DNA of 64,000 nt from a virus, in IMG/VR virus record IMGVR_UViG_3300027969_000044, positions 64,001 through 128,000 of that record; one strand, given 5' to 3'. Positions 1-8,816 of this stretch are shown here, piece by piece (position 1 is the first letter of the stretch; each line of letters starts with the position of its first letter). The notes beneath the pieces are model-generated. The model saw only the letters and a list, made by a program, of their open reading frames with translations. It did not search any database and was not told the DNA's origin. The translations under genes were made by a program, and so were the position numbers.

Positions 1-12
1 TTGGAAACAGAT

Positions 13-537
13 ATGAATAGAGATTACATAACTGGTAAAGCTGAAGCAGTTGAGTTTTTTACTGGAATTGAAATTGAACACACTCCTGCTTACGGAATGG
101 AAACATTGTTTGTAACAGGTGTACACAGTCCCGATACTATCCTAGCAATGGCTGAAGAAAATAATGTTAAACATATTTATTTTGGAGCTAACCAAAGTTT
201 TAGAACCGGTGGTGTTAACGATGCCGTAACTTGGGGACTTTGGGAAAAGATGATCTTTCCATGTCTTAAAAAAGGATACTGGTGTACATTAGACTTTGAT
301 GTTAAAGAAGTTGAGGGACTAGTTGAGGGCGGATTTTGTGAGCACCGAAAATTCATTCCTATGATTTCGGTAAAAATTCCCTACTTGACACAACTCAATT
401 ATAATGCTACAATTAAGATTGACGACAAGGGGTTTGAAGCAACTAACCCCGGTGTGTGGACTCATCAACTTCATGATCTTATGAAGCGTGAGAAATTTAC
501 TGACTGGGATCAGTATAAGGACGATGAAATTTTATGA
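13..537 (+). CDS. Hypothetical protein at the head of the deazaguanine/sugar cluster (frame is open to the window edge)
   Basis: ATG at 13 is in frame with the track ORF 1..537; its stop overlaps the next start (ATGA); no motif recognised. Confidence 0.75.
   Translation: MNRDYITGKAEAVEFFTGIEIEHTPAYGMETLFVTGVHSPDTILAMAEENNVKHIYFGANQSFRTGGVNDAVTWGLWEKMIFPCLKKGYWCTLDFDVKEVEGLVEGGFCEHRKFIPMISVKIPYLTQLNYNATIKIDDKGFEATNPGVWTHQLHDLMKREKFTDWDQYKDDEIL
385..413 (+). promoter_or_regulatory. Sigma70-type promoter inside the first ORF
   Basis: TTGACA (385-390), 17 nt spacer, TACAAT (408-413) with an extended TG. Confidence 0.6.
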
Positions 538-956
538 GTTCAGTCATTAACAATTATGCTCCGGAATGCTCTTATCCCGGTTGTACTAATAAAGTTGGTT
601 ATCATAAAAAGTACAATAAACAAGATGGATCTCCCGGCGCAAAATGGAAGAGTTGTTGCGAGTTTCACAGAAAGGCTCAAAAACCCGCTATGGATAAATT
701 TAAAATGAAATCTGGATGTGCTAATGTTGACGCTCATCACGGATTTAAATGTACCTCAAATATTACTAGCCCCGGACAATTAGATATTAATCACATTGAC
801 GGTAATAGATATAACAACTCCCCAGAAAATCGAGAAGTGTTATGTAAGGTGTGCCATCAACAAGTTACAATTGATAACGAACACTACTTAAATAGATACT
901 CGCACATAAATCCTAATTTTAATAAACATTTTGAAGAAATAAAGCATGAACAATGA
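534..956 (+). CDS. HNH endonuclease (free-standing, homing-type)
   Basis: LDINHIDGNRYNNSPENREVLCKVCH is an HNH motif with CxxCH; Cys-rich N-terminus. Confidence 0.8.
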   Translation: MSSVINNYAPECSYPGCTNKVGYHKKYNKQDGSPGAKWKSCCEFHRKAQKPAMDKFKMKSGCANVDAHHGFKCTSNITSPGQLDINHIDGNRYNNSPENREVLCKVCHQQVTIDNEHYLNRYSHINPNFNKHFEEIKHEQ

Positions 957-1347
957 ACTATCTATGATTTGGGTTACCTTCCGTAAAGAAGGCATTCACC
1001 TGTACCCTGCCGCGGCAACTGATCCAAAGTTAGCTACAGGCGACGAATACGATGTCAGTTTCCTTGGAACTCCGCATCGTCATATTTTCCATTTTAAAGT
1101 TTCTATCCAGGTCTTCCAAGATGACCGCGATATTGAATTTATCCAGTTTAAGCGTTGGCTTGAAAAGTGCTACAGCGATGGCACATTAGAGCTCAACCAC
1201 AAATCCTGTGAGATGATTGCTCGTGATCTTAACGACATTATCAAAGCAAGATACCCCGGTCGCAAGACCATCATTGACGTAAGTGAAGACGGCGAGAATG
1301 GCGCCACACTTACATTCCTTAATCATATTTCTACAATGGAATCTTAA
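946..1347 (+). CDS. queD: QueD-like 6-carboxytetrahydropterin synthase (T-fold)
   Basis: EGIH...PHRHIFHFKV...IEF...SCEMIA...VSED matches the PTPS/QueD His-ligand pattern; folE and queE lie nearby. Confidence 0.7.
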   Translation: MNNELSMIWVTFRKEGIHLYPAAATDPKLATGDEYDVSFLGTPHRHIFHFKVSIQVFQDDRDIEFIQFKRWLEKCYSDGTLELNHKSCEMIARDLNDIIKARYPGRKTIIDVSEDGENGATLTFLNHISTMES

Positions 1348-1348
1348 A

Positions 1349-1594
1349 ATGGCAGTCCCTGCTTATATCCAAAAAACCCTCCGTATGAAACCCGAAGTCG
1401 AAAAGATTTTTGACGACCTCGAAGCATGGCACGACTACTGTCGTTTTAATATGCTTAACTTCAATCAGGCGGATTTGTATCGCTCACATGATTGGCGTAA
1501 TTCTCAACGTGCTAACGGCACATATGAGCGCAAGCCATACCTGGGCAAAAAGCCACGTTACGAAGGTCGTCCTGAATACAGGAACAATCGTTAA
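1349..1594 (+). CDS. Hypothetical protein
   Basis: ATG 1 nt after the queD stop (MAVPAYIQK...); abuts the next gene. Confidence 0.7.
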   Translation: MAVPAYIQKTLRMKPEVEKIFDDLEAWHDYCRFNMLNFNQADLYRSHDWRNSQRANGTYERKPYLGKKPRYEGRPEYRNNR

Positions 1595-2692
1595 ATGAAA
1601 GTATTCCTCGTTGATCTCGAGGCAGTAGAGACTAGGTACACTGGTCAATGGAAGACTCATGTACCTGCTCTACTTAGAAAGAGAGGTTTTAATGTTCAAG
1701 TTATATCGGGTCCTAGCGATATTCCTAGCGCCACTACTCCTGGTGCCTTTCTCAATTTTGGGGGCACTAATATCTATAAGGCAAACCAAGTGGAACAGCT
1801 TGGAAGACTTTTTTGTTCAGGATCCGTCAAGGCTGGCGATCATTTTATTTTTACTGACGCTTGGCATCCGGGCATTATAAACTTAAAGTACATGAGTGAG
1901 TTGTTAGGTATTCCTATTACAACACACGGTCTTTGGCATGCCGGCAGTTATGATCCACAAGATTTCTTAGGACGTTTAGTTGGTAATAAGCCCTGGGTAA
2001 GGCACGCCGAAAAGAGTTTCTTCCACGCATTTGATCATAACTACTTTGCTACGCAATTCCATATTAAACTGTTCTATACTAATCTATTAAACGATTATCC
2101 TACAGAGAATCCGTGGTTTAGTGAACACCTTGATGAAATTCTAAAAGGTGAAGATCCTAGATTTGTGCGTACTGGTTGGCCTATGGAGTATATGCCAGAT
2201 ATGTTTACTATGTATAAGAACATGCCCAAGCGTGATCTTATACTGTTCCCTCATCGCATAGCGCCAGAGAAACAGGTTGAAATATTCCGTGACTTAGCTA
2301 CACATTTGCCGCAATATGAATTTGTTGTCTGTCAGGATCAACAGCTAACCAAGAACGAATATCATAATTTACTAGGCGAATCTAAACTAGTGTTTAGTGC
2401 TAACTTACAAGAAACATTAGGCATCAGTTGGTACGAAGGCGCATTAGTTGATGCTATTCCAATGGTTCCAGATCGTCTAAGCTATTCAGAAATGGCTTAT
2501 GATACATTTAAGTATCCTAGCGAGTGGACTGAAAGTTGGAATCATTATGTAGCAAATCGTAAAGAAATTTGTAATAAGATTATCCAGTATATGGAAAACT
2601 ATGACAAGTTCCTTCCTCAGTTACAAAAGCAGGCACAAGACCTAACTAAGTTATTCTTTAGTGCTAATAACCTTATACAAAATATAAAATGA
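1595..2692 (+). CDS. GT-B fold glycosyltransferase (GT4-like)
   Basis: FPHRIAPEKQ and ETLGISWYEG (E-x7-E) in the C-terminal domain, PDRLSYSEM. Confidence 0.8.
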   Translation: MKVFLVDLEAVETRYTGQWKTHVPALLRKRGFNVQVISGPSDIPSATTPGAFLNFGGTNIYKANQVEQLGRLFCSGSVKAGDHFIFTDAWHPGIINLKYMSELLGIPITTHGLWHAGSYDPQDFLGRLVGNKPWVRHAEKSFFHAFDHNYFATQFHIKLFYTNLLNDYPTENPWFSEHLDEILKGEDPRFVRTGWPMEYMPDMFTMYKNMPKRDLILFPHRIAPEKQVEIFRDLATHLPQYEFVVCQDQQLTKNEYHNLLGESKLVFSANLQETLGISWYEGALVDAIPMVPDRLSYSEMAYDTFKYPSEWTESWNHYVANRKEICNKIIQYMENYDKFLPQLQKQAQDLTKLFFSANNLIQNIK

Positions 2693-3501
2693 ATGATTCT
2701 TTTTACCCTCGAATAGGCATTGTTGGTTTAGGATTTGTAGGCGAAGCAATTCGTTCTTCTACTGAATTTGTACCAGACAACGTAGTATGCGTAGACTCAG
2801 ATGTACGTAAAGGATATGTTGGAACTTACGCAGACTTAATGACGTGTGAAGGCATCTTTATATGTGTGCCAAGTCCGATGGGTCCGGACGGGAAGTGCGA
2901 TACAAGCATTTTAGAAAATGTTTTAGAAAAGCTAAAAGACTTTCGAGGTGTTATTATTTCTAAAGTAACAGCACCTCCAGACATTTACCAACGCCTTAAC
3001 AAACAATATCCCAATCTAGTTCATGCTCCTGAATTTTTAACGGCGGCCAATGCCAGTAGAGATTATGCCAATGCTAAATGGTGTATCATTGGCGGCGATG
3101 TCCGTGCTTATAGAAACGAAGCCGAACGCATTATTAAGATGACACAACCTGGACTAGAAACTGTTAAATTTTGTAGTATTGGAGACGCCGCTCTAGCCAA
3201 ATATGCTATTAATAATTTCTTAGCTACCAAAGTGGTTTTTATGAATGAGCTGTATCAACTGGCTAATAAGACAGGATTAAATTATGATGTAGTGGCTAAT
3301 TTAATTAAACAAGATATACGCATCGGCGATAGTCATATGCGTGTTCCAGGAACAGACGGATCATTAGGATTTGGCGGATACTGCTTTCCTAAAGATACCG
3401 AAGCACTATTAAATTATGCAAAGCAATACGGTATTGACCTAAATGTAATATCATCAGCAGTACAGAAAAATTTGCTGTTGAGGTTGACTGAACCTAAATA
3501 A
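2689..3501 (+). CDS. UDP-glucose/GDP-mannose dehydrogenase family protein (short form)
   Basis: Rossmann motif GIVGLGFVG, ICVPSP, PEFL, K-x3-N helix, catalytic GFGGYCFPKD. Confidence 0.85.
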   Translation: MNDSFYPRIGIVGLGFVGEAIRSSTEFVPDNVVCVDSDVRKGYVGTYADLMTCEGIFICVPSPMGPDGKCDTSILENVLEKLKDFRGVIISKVTAPPDIYQRLNKQYPNLVHAPEFLTAANASRDYANAKWCIIGGDVRAYRNEAERIIKMTQPGLETVKFCSIGDAALAKYAINNFLATKVVFMNELYQLANKTGLNYDVVANLIKQDIRIGDSHMRVPGTDGSLGFGGYCFPKDTEALLNYAKQYGIDLNVISSAVQKNLLLRLTEPK

Positions 3502-3512
3502 TAGTATAAAAT
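3484..3512 (+). promoter_or_regulatory. Sigma70-type promoter with an embedded TAAATA late box, upstream of folE
   Basis: TTGACT (3484-89), 17 nt spacer, TAAAAT (3507-12); TAAATA at 3496-3501. Confidence 0.55.
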
Positions 3513-3556
3513 AAACAAATGGCAATCCACTGCCTTAACATCGGAGAATAAAAACA

Positions 3557-4321
3557 ATGACAGAATCATTAACATACAAAAATACACTTGCTGGCGCTGA
3601 ACAGCAAGATGATGACAACAAAGAATATAAAGAAGCATACTTGGGCGATCACATTCGCTTTAAAATGAAGCGTGAAGGCAAACGCTTTTGGGCGGGCGAT
3701 AACATTAGCGATTATTTGTACGAAGGCGATATAGAAAAACTAATCGACGAAGCAACACCAGCATTTGAAAAAGTGTTAGACTGTTTGCTGATTGATCGTG
3801 AAAACGATCCTAATAGTAAAGGTACAGCAAGACGTCTTGCTAAAATGTACTTTAATGAAATAATGGCAGGAAGATATGAACCAGGACCAGATGCAACAGC
3901 GTTTCCAAATGATTCGGCGGACCGTTACGAAGGTATGTTGGTTGTTCGCAGTGAGCTTCGCAGTATGTGTAGCCATCATCACCAACCCGTTAGTGGCGTT
4001 GCTTATATTGGTATTATTGCGGCTCAGAAACTCATCGGACTTAGCAAGTATACGAGGATCGCTCAGTGGTGTGCCCGTCGAGGTACTCTCCAGGAGGAAC
4101 TTTGTAATGACATTGCTAGGGAAATCAGCAGAGCAACAGAGTCAGAAAACGTAGCAGTCTATGTTCAAGCAGTACATGGGTGTTGCGAGAATCGTGGCAT
4201 TATGGCACATTCATCATTGACTCAGACTACAGTACTAAAAGGAACATTCAAAGATGATCCTCATACAAAGAAAGAGTTCTTTGACAACATTAAACTCCAA
4301 CAAGAGTTTGCTCCTCGATGA
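3557..4321 (+). CDS. folE: GTP cyclohydrolase I
   Basis: SMCSHHHQP, IGLSKYTRI, RR..LQEE, HGCCENRG signature motifs. Confidence 0.95.
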   Translation: MTESLTYKNTLAGAEQQDDDNKEYKEAYLGDHIRFKMKREGKRFWAGDNISDYLYEGDIEKLIDEATPAFEKVLDCLLIDRENDPNSKGTARRLAKMYFNEIMAGRYEPGPDATAFPNDSADRYEGMLVVRSELRSMCSHHHQPVSGVAYIGIIAAQKLIGLSKYTRIAQWCARRGTLQEELCNDIAREISRATESENVAVYVQAVHGCCENRGIMAHSSLTQTTVLKGTFKDDPHTKKEFFDNIKLQQEFAPR

Positions 4322-4431
4322 GATACATTACAAATAAATTTGAAAGTATCCGTTTACCAGTAGAAGCAGGGTTATTAGAATGGTTACAGGAAAACTACCC
4401 TGCTTCTAAATATTATATAAAGGAAATATAA
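4318..4431 (+). CDS. 37-aa small protein, absent from the ORF track
   Basis: ATGA overlap with the folE stop; MRYITNKFESIRLPVEAGLLEWLQENYPASKYYIKEI*; ends 1 nt before the next ATG. Confidence 0.6.
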   Translation: MRYITNKFESIRLPVEAGLLEWLQENYPASKYYIKEI

Positions 4432-4432
4432 A

Positions 4433-4624
4433 ATGACAAAACTAGCTAAACTGGCAAAAGTAAATGAGAATATCAGTGTCAATCGTTACGACAACGGTTG
4501 GATGGTAGAAATTGGTGGACGTGATGGTGAGAGTGATTGGAAAAATTGTAAAATTCTTTGTAACACAGAAGAAGAGATGATTTCTGTAATCAAAGAATGG
4601 AACACTAAAGATTTGGACAACTAA
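4433..4624 (+). CDS. Hypothetical protein
   Basis: AAGGA ribosome site; tight operon packing. Confidence 0.7.
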   Translation: MTKLAKLAKVNENISVNRYDNGWMVEIGGRDGESDWKNCKILCNTEEEMISVIKEWNTKDLDN

Positions 4625-4625
4625 T

Positions 4626-4841
4626 ATGAATTCCGTAGACATGGCTAACAACCTAATTTTTAGAGCCAAACACTTAGAAGAATTTACTGTAACTACGGAT
4701 GTTCCCGAAGACTTTCGTTTTAATGGAGTTATTCCATTTGACATGACCATCGAAGATAGTGTAATATATGCTAAAGTGTTCGCTGTCGATTTTAATGAGG
4801 CAGTTGAACGTTTGAATAACTTTTTAGAAAGTTGCAAATGA
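4626..4841 (+). CDS. Hypothetical protein
   Basis: Tight packing with both neighbours. Confidence 0.7.
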   Translation: MNSVDMANNLIFRAKHLEEFTVTTDVPEDFRFNGVIPFDMTIEDSVIYAKVFAVDFNEAVERLNNFLESCK

Positions 4842-5308
4842 AATGGTTTTTAAACTGGCTTGATAGCATTGGAAGGAAGCGTGTTATTATGGATCGTCTT
4901 TGTAACGAACCATATTTAGAACGCTATTACTTGTTCTTGAAAGATAGGAACAAGTTCCCATTTAATGTGTTCCTACACAAATTTTTAAAAGGTGATCCAG
5001 ATGATGTACACGACCATCCGTGGCCCTATGCTACACTAATTTTAAAAGGCGGTTATTATGAATGGATTCCACAATTTAATACAGACGGTACAAAAAGTTG
5101 CGAGATTCGTAAGTGGCGTGGACCCGGCCATTTTAGGATTTGTAGCCCTAACAGTTATCATCGTGTTGAACTAAAATCAGGTGTTACAGCTTGGACATTG
5201 TTTATGCCAGGTCCACATAAACGAGACTGGGGTTTCCTAGTTAATAATAAATGGATCCAAAATGAAACTTATTTGAAAGAACGTTATGAAGCAAGTAATA
5301 AGCAATAA
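4838..5308 (+). CDS. Cupin-fold protein
   Basis: HDHPW...GGYYE...HRVEL metal-binding cupin pattern; ATGA overlap. Confidence 0.65.
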   Translation: MKWFLNWLDSIGRKRVIMDRLCNEPYLERYYLFLKDRNKFPFNVFLHKFLKGDPDDVHDHPWPYATLILKGGYYEWIPQFNTDGTKSCEIRKWRGPGHFRICSPNSYHRVELKSGVTAWTLFMPGPHKRDWGFLVNNKWIQNETYLKERYEASNKQ

Positions 5309-5846
5309 AGAGTACAAAGGCCTTATCAATAAAATCTGTCGCGATATCGCAAATAGCGAGTGGCGTCCTGATTACATTGCTGGTATTAGTCGCGGCGGGT
5401 TGCCGGCGGCTGTAATGATCAGTCATTATTTAGACGTACCTATGTACACGCTAAACGTAAGTTTGCGTGATCATGCGTTTGGTCCAGAAAGTAATTTGTG
5501 GATGGCTGAAGATGCCTACGGTTACATTAACTACGAAGGTGAAATTCCTGCCCCCAAAGGTCGTATTACTAGTGATCCTGTCCTACGTAAGAAGATTCTT
5601 ATTGTAGACGACATTAACGATACCGGGGCTACTATTAACTGGATCTTAAATGATTGGCCAAGTGGGTGTTTACCAACTGATCCCGCATGGGAAGACATCT
5701 GGAACAATAGTGTTCGATTTGCCACAGTAGTAGATAATCAAAGTAGCAAGGCAAACGTACCCATGGACTATGTCGGTATGGAAATTAACAAAGCAGAAAA
5801 GAATGTTTGGATTGAATTTCCATACGAAGAATGGTGGACAAAATGA
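5286..5846 (+). CDS. Purine phosphoribosyltransferase (Gpt-like)
   Basis: GISRGGL, PRPP motif ILIVDDINDTGAT, C-terminal WIEFPYE. Confidence 0.85.
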   Translation: MKQVISNKEYKGLINKICRDIANSEWRPDYIAGISRGGLPAAVMISHYLDVPMYTLNVSLRDHAFGPESNLWMAEDAYGYINYEGEIPAPKGRITSDPVLRKKILIVDDINDTGATINWILNDWPSGCLPTDPAWEDIWNNSVRFATVVDNQSSKANVPMDYVGMEINKAEKNVWIEFPYEEWWTK

Positions 5847-6124
5847 CTCCGCAAATAAAAGAAGCAATGGACATTCTTCAAGAAGAGTGTGCCGAGGTTA
5901 TACAAGCGGTAAGTAAAATTAGTCGCTTTGGTTTAGATAATTATAAACCAAATAAGCCTAAAACTAATCGAGAACATCTCGAAGAAGAACTAGGTGATAT
6001 GTTAGCTATGATCGACATCTTACAAGAAATGGATGTCGTGTCATATACTAACATTGAAAAAGCACAAGCGGCCAAAATTGAAAAACTTAAACAATGGTCA
6101 AATATCTATGAGCAATCTACCTAA
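5843..6124 (+). CDS. MazG-like NTP pyrophosphohydrolase
   Basis: EECAEVIQAVSK...LEEELGDML acidic helices. Confidence 0.75.
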   Translation: MTPQIKEAMDILQEECAEVIQAVSKISRFGLDNYKPNKPKTNREHLEEELGDMLAMIDILQEMDVVSYTNIEKAQAAKIEKLKQWSNIYEQST

Positions 6125-6305
6125 AGATGGAAGCAGATGGTCTGGAAGTGATAATAGTGTGTTTCACGTATTACATACTATTGTAATAGAAGGTCAAATC
6201 TGGGTTCATTATATTAAAGAAACAACAAAAGAAACTAATGAAGCACGAGAATATAGTTGTTATCTCGAAAGTTTCTTACAAAGATTTAGAGCACTACCAG
6301 AATGA
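6108..6305 (+). CDS. Hypothetical protein
   Basis: Probable start MSNLPK at 6108; overlaps both neighbours. Confidence 0.6.
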   Translation: MSNLPKDGSRWSGSDNSVFHVLHTIVIEGQIWVHYIKETTKETNEAREYSCYLESFLQRFRALPE

Positions 6306-6670
6306 CACAACTAAAAGGCCTAGTACCAAAAGGTTGGGGATCAGAATTTATCTGGGCCACAAACGACAAATACTGCGGCAAGTTTATGAACTTTAACGCA
6401 GGTGCTAAGTTTAGTATGCACTTTCATCGAGACAAAGAAGAAACTTGGTATGTACAAAGCGGCAAATTTATTGTTCGTTGGATTGATACTGCCACTGCCG
6501 AACTACACGAAGAAGAAATACGTGACGGATCAGTTTGGCATAATTCCCCATGTATGCCTCATCAACTCATTTGTTTAGAAGCTGGTACAGTTATCGAAGT
6601 ATCTACTCCAGATAGCGTTGAAGACAATTATCGTGTAATGCCTGGTGACAGTCAAAATGCCAAGATATAG
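6302..6670 (+). CDS. Cupin, sugar isomerase-like (mannose-6-phosphate isomerase type II / lyxose isomerase-like)
   Basis: KGWGSE...SMHFH..KEETWYVQSG...PHQL...EVST. Confidence 0.7.
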   Translation: MTQLKGLVPKGWGSEFIWATNDKYCGKFMNFNAGAKFSMHFHRDKEETWYVQSGKFIVRWIDTATAELHEEEIRDGSVWHNSPCMPHQLICLEAGTVIEVSTPDSVEDNYRVMPGDSQNAKI

Positions 6671-6872
6671 AAAAGACTCAGACGGTAATGGTCCCTCTTA
6701 TAAGAAAGGCGACCGAGTATGGGTTGCCTCTTTAAAAATGGAAGCTACTGTAATTGAACAGGTGCTTCATTGGGACTATCCTGAATCATTTTACGGCAAT
6801 GTCAAATTAAAGTATGACGACGGTGTTGAAGGAATTAGTAATTGTTGGCAATTGTCAAGGGTAGTTAGATGA
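6657..6872 (+). CDS. Hypothetical small beta-barrel protein
   Basis: YKKGDRVWV KOW-like motif; tight packing. Confidence 0.55.
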   Translation: MPRYRKDSDGNGPSYKKGDRVWVASLKMEATVIEQVLHWDYPESFYGNVKLKYDDGVEGISNCWQLSRVVR

Positions 6873-7270
6873 AAACTGTAATTGTTAACGGAACATTTGA
6901 TATACTTCACCCTGGACATATCAGAATGTTAAACACAGCACGTAGTTTAGGTGACTATCTCATTGTGTGTATTGATACTGACCGTCGTGTTAAAGAACTT
7001 AAAGGCGATCAGCGTCCAATTAATGATCAAAACTTTCGAAGAGTAATGCTACAAAATCTCAAGGCTGTAGACATAGTAGAATTCTTTGACAGTCGAGAAC
7101 AATTAATAGATTTAATTAAATTGTACAAGCCAGATATTATGGTTAAAGGTAGTGACTGGAAAGGTAAGAGTATAACTGCTCAAGAACACGTTAAGGAAAT
7201 CTTTTGGTATGATAGATTCGATGAATACTCAACAACAAAAATCATTCAAGATATTATTAATCGGGGATAA
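6869..7270 (+). CDS. HldE/RfaE domain II-like sugar-phosphate nucleotidyltransferase
   Basis: NGTFDILHPGH (HxGH), LKG..RPIN, VKGSDW, YSTTKII. Confidence 0.85.
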   Translation: MKTVIVNGTFDILHPGHIRMLNTARSLGDYLIVCIDTDRRVKELKGDQRPINDQNFRRVMLQNLKAVDIVEFFDSREQLIDLIKLYKPDIMVKGSDWKGKSITAQEHVKEIFWYDRFDEYSTTKIIQDIINRG

Positions 7271-7982
7271 TTGTAATGACATTTATACATATGGTTATGT
7301 AAACCGTATTAGCCCCGAAGCCCCGGTGCCTATCTTTGAACCGCACTATACCATTCACAAAGATGGCATGGCTGGCAACGTGTGTAAGAACTTAGAAGCA
7401 TTGGGATGTAATGTTGATTTCCTAAGAGATAAAGACAAAGTCAGTGAGAAGAACAGACTAATTGATCATCGTACCAAACAACAATTACTACGTATAGACA
7501 GAGATAGTGAAAGTAAGCCCATTATATTTGAAACAGCAATACCGCCAGTATATGATGCTATAGTTGTTAGTGACTACGGCAAAGGCACAGTGACTTATGA
7601 GTTGATTGAAGAATTAGTTAAGACTCAAACAATTCCTATTTTTATTGACACAAAGAAGCACGACCTGGCACGTATGAACGGTTGTTATATTAAAGTAAAT
7701 GCTCTAGAAAGAAGTCGTGCTGTTAGTTTGCCCGACGCTAAATGGTTAATTGTTACACACGGCGGAGATGGCGCTTCGTGGGATGGATGGGTATTACCTG
7801 CTGAAATTGCAGGTGATGTTGTTGATGTATGTGGAGCCGGTGACACGTTCTTATCGGCTTTAGTTTATGAATTTTTACAAACAAACAATATTCGTAGCGC
7901 AATAAAATTTGCAAACAAGGCAGCGGCAGTAACAGTTCAACATACAGGTGTATACGCACCAAGACTAGAGGAAATAAAATGA
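7209..7982 (+). CDS. HldE/RfaE domain I-like PfkB sugar kinase (start may be 7221)
   Basis: GD..D.Y..G.V.RISPEAPVP, SDYGKG, DVCGAGDTF. Confidence 0.85.
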   Translation: MIDSMNTQQQKSFKILLIGDNCNDIYTYGYVNRISPEAPVPIFEPHYTIHKDGMAGNVCKNLEALGCNVDFLRDKDKVSEKNRLIDHRTKQQLLRIDRDSESKPIIFETAIPPVYDAIVVSDYGKGTVTYELIEELVKTQTIPIFIDTKKHDLARMNGCYIKVNALERSRAVSLPDAKWLIVTHGGDGASWDGWVLPAEIAGDVVDVCGAGDTFLSALVYEFLQTNNIRSAIKFANKAAAVTVQHTGVYAPRLEEIK

Positions 7983-8374
7983 CTAAAATATTTGAAGGAC
8001 CGGAACATATCGAGGATAGTGAAGCACCTTGGGATGACACAATGCGTGACGATTTTCATGTAACAGTTTTTTATGACAAGTATCCAGTAACAAACGGACA
8101 TCTATTGTTCGTGCCTAAATATAATACAGTAGGAGTATTGAATGAAGCTTTTCAAGATGCTTTTAGAGAAGGTAAGAAACAAGTCGACAACGGAAACTGG
8201 GACGGTTTCAACATTGGCTTTAACTATGGCGAAGCTGCAGGTCAAACTGTCAACTGGCCTCACATCCATCTTATTCCCCGTCATAAAGGCGATGTCGAAG
8301 ACCCAATTGGCGGCGTTAGAAACACAATCCCAGGCAAAGGCAACTATCGCTCGGCACACTATAAGCAAGATTAA
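7979..8374 (+). CDS. HIT family nucleotide hydrolase
   Basis: YPVTNGHLLFVPK, GFNIG.N.GEAAGQTV.WPHIHLIPR (first triad His replaced by Trp). Confidence 0.85.
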   Translation: MTKIFEGPEHIEDSEAPWDDTMRDDFHVTVFYDKYPVTNGHLLFVPKYNTVGVLNEAFQDAFREGKKQVDNGNWDGFNIGFNYGEAAGQTVNWPHIHLIPRHKGDVEDPIGGVRNTIPGKGNYRSAHYKQD

Positions 8375-8816
8375 ACCAGTCCAGTTTCAATGGAGTGGAA
8401 CTCCAACAGTTGGAATTATAGCTCAGACTATTGGACCATTAACTCCATCTTCGTGGAGCACATATAATATTCCTCCTCCAACTGTCCATTCTGGGCAGTT
8501 TGTTCCTAACAACTCTATCCAATTTAATAATTCTAACAGTAAGCCGGTATTAACTATTACACACGATGGCGAGGTTGTTTGGGATGGAAAGCCCAGTGAA
8601 GCCGCAGAAGCATTAAAGCGAACTTTCCAATTTACAGTAGAAGATATGAAGGGCGTTACCAAAGCCGCACGTAGACGCTACTATTGGAGAGCAGTAGACA
8701 ACCTTGCTAAAAAATCTAAAACAATGTCGGCAGAACAATTTGTTGACTTTGTTCAAAAGCAAGCGTATAATAGAGAATGTAAGGTACTAATTGATACATT
8801 GAAAGGAACATTATGA
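8142..8816 (+). CDS. Hypothetical protein; true start uncertain, probably near 8290-8361
   Basis: Fills the gap 8375-8813; the called 5' part overlaps the HIT gene. Confidence 0.55.
   Translation: MKLFKMLLEKVRNKSTTETGTVSTLALTMAKLQVKLSTGLTSILFPVIKAMSKTQLAALETQSQAKATIARHTISKIKPVQFQWSGTPTVGIIAQTIGPLTPSSWSTYNIPPPTVHSGQFVPNNSIQFNNSNSKPVLTITHDGEVVWDGKPSEAAEALKRTFQFTVEDMKGVTKAARRRYYWRAVDNLAKKSKTMSAEQFVDFVQKQAYNRECKVLIDTLKGTL
8743..8771 (+). promoter_or_regulatory. Sigma70-type promoter upstream of the queE region
   Basis: TTGACT, 17 nt spacer, TATAAT. Confidence 0.65.
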
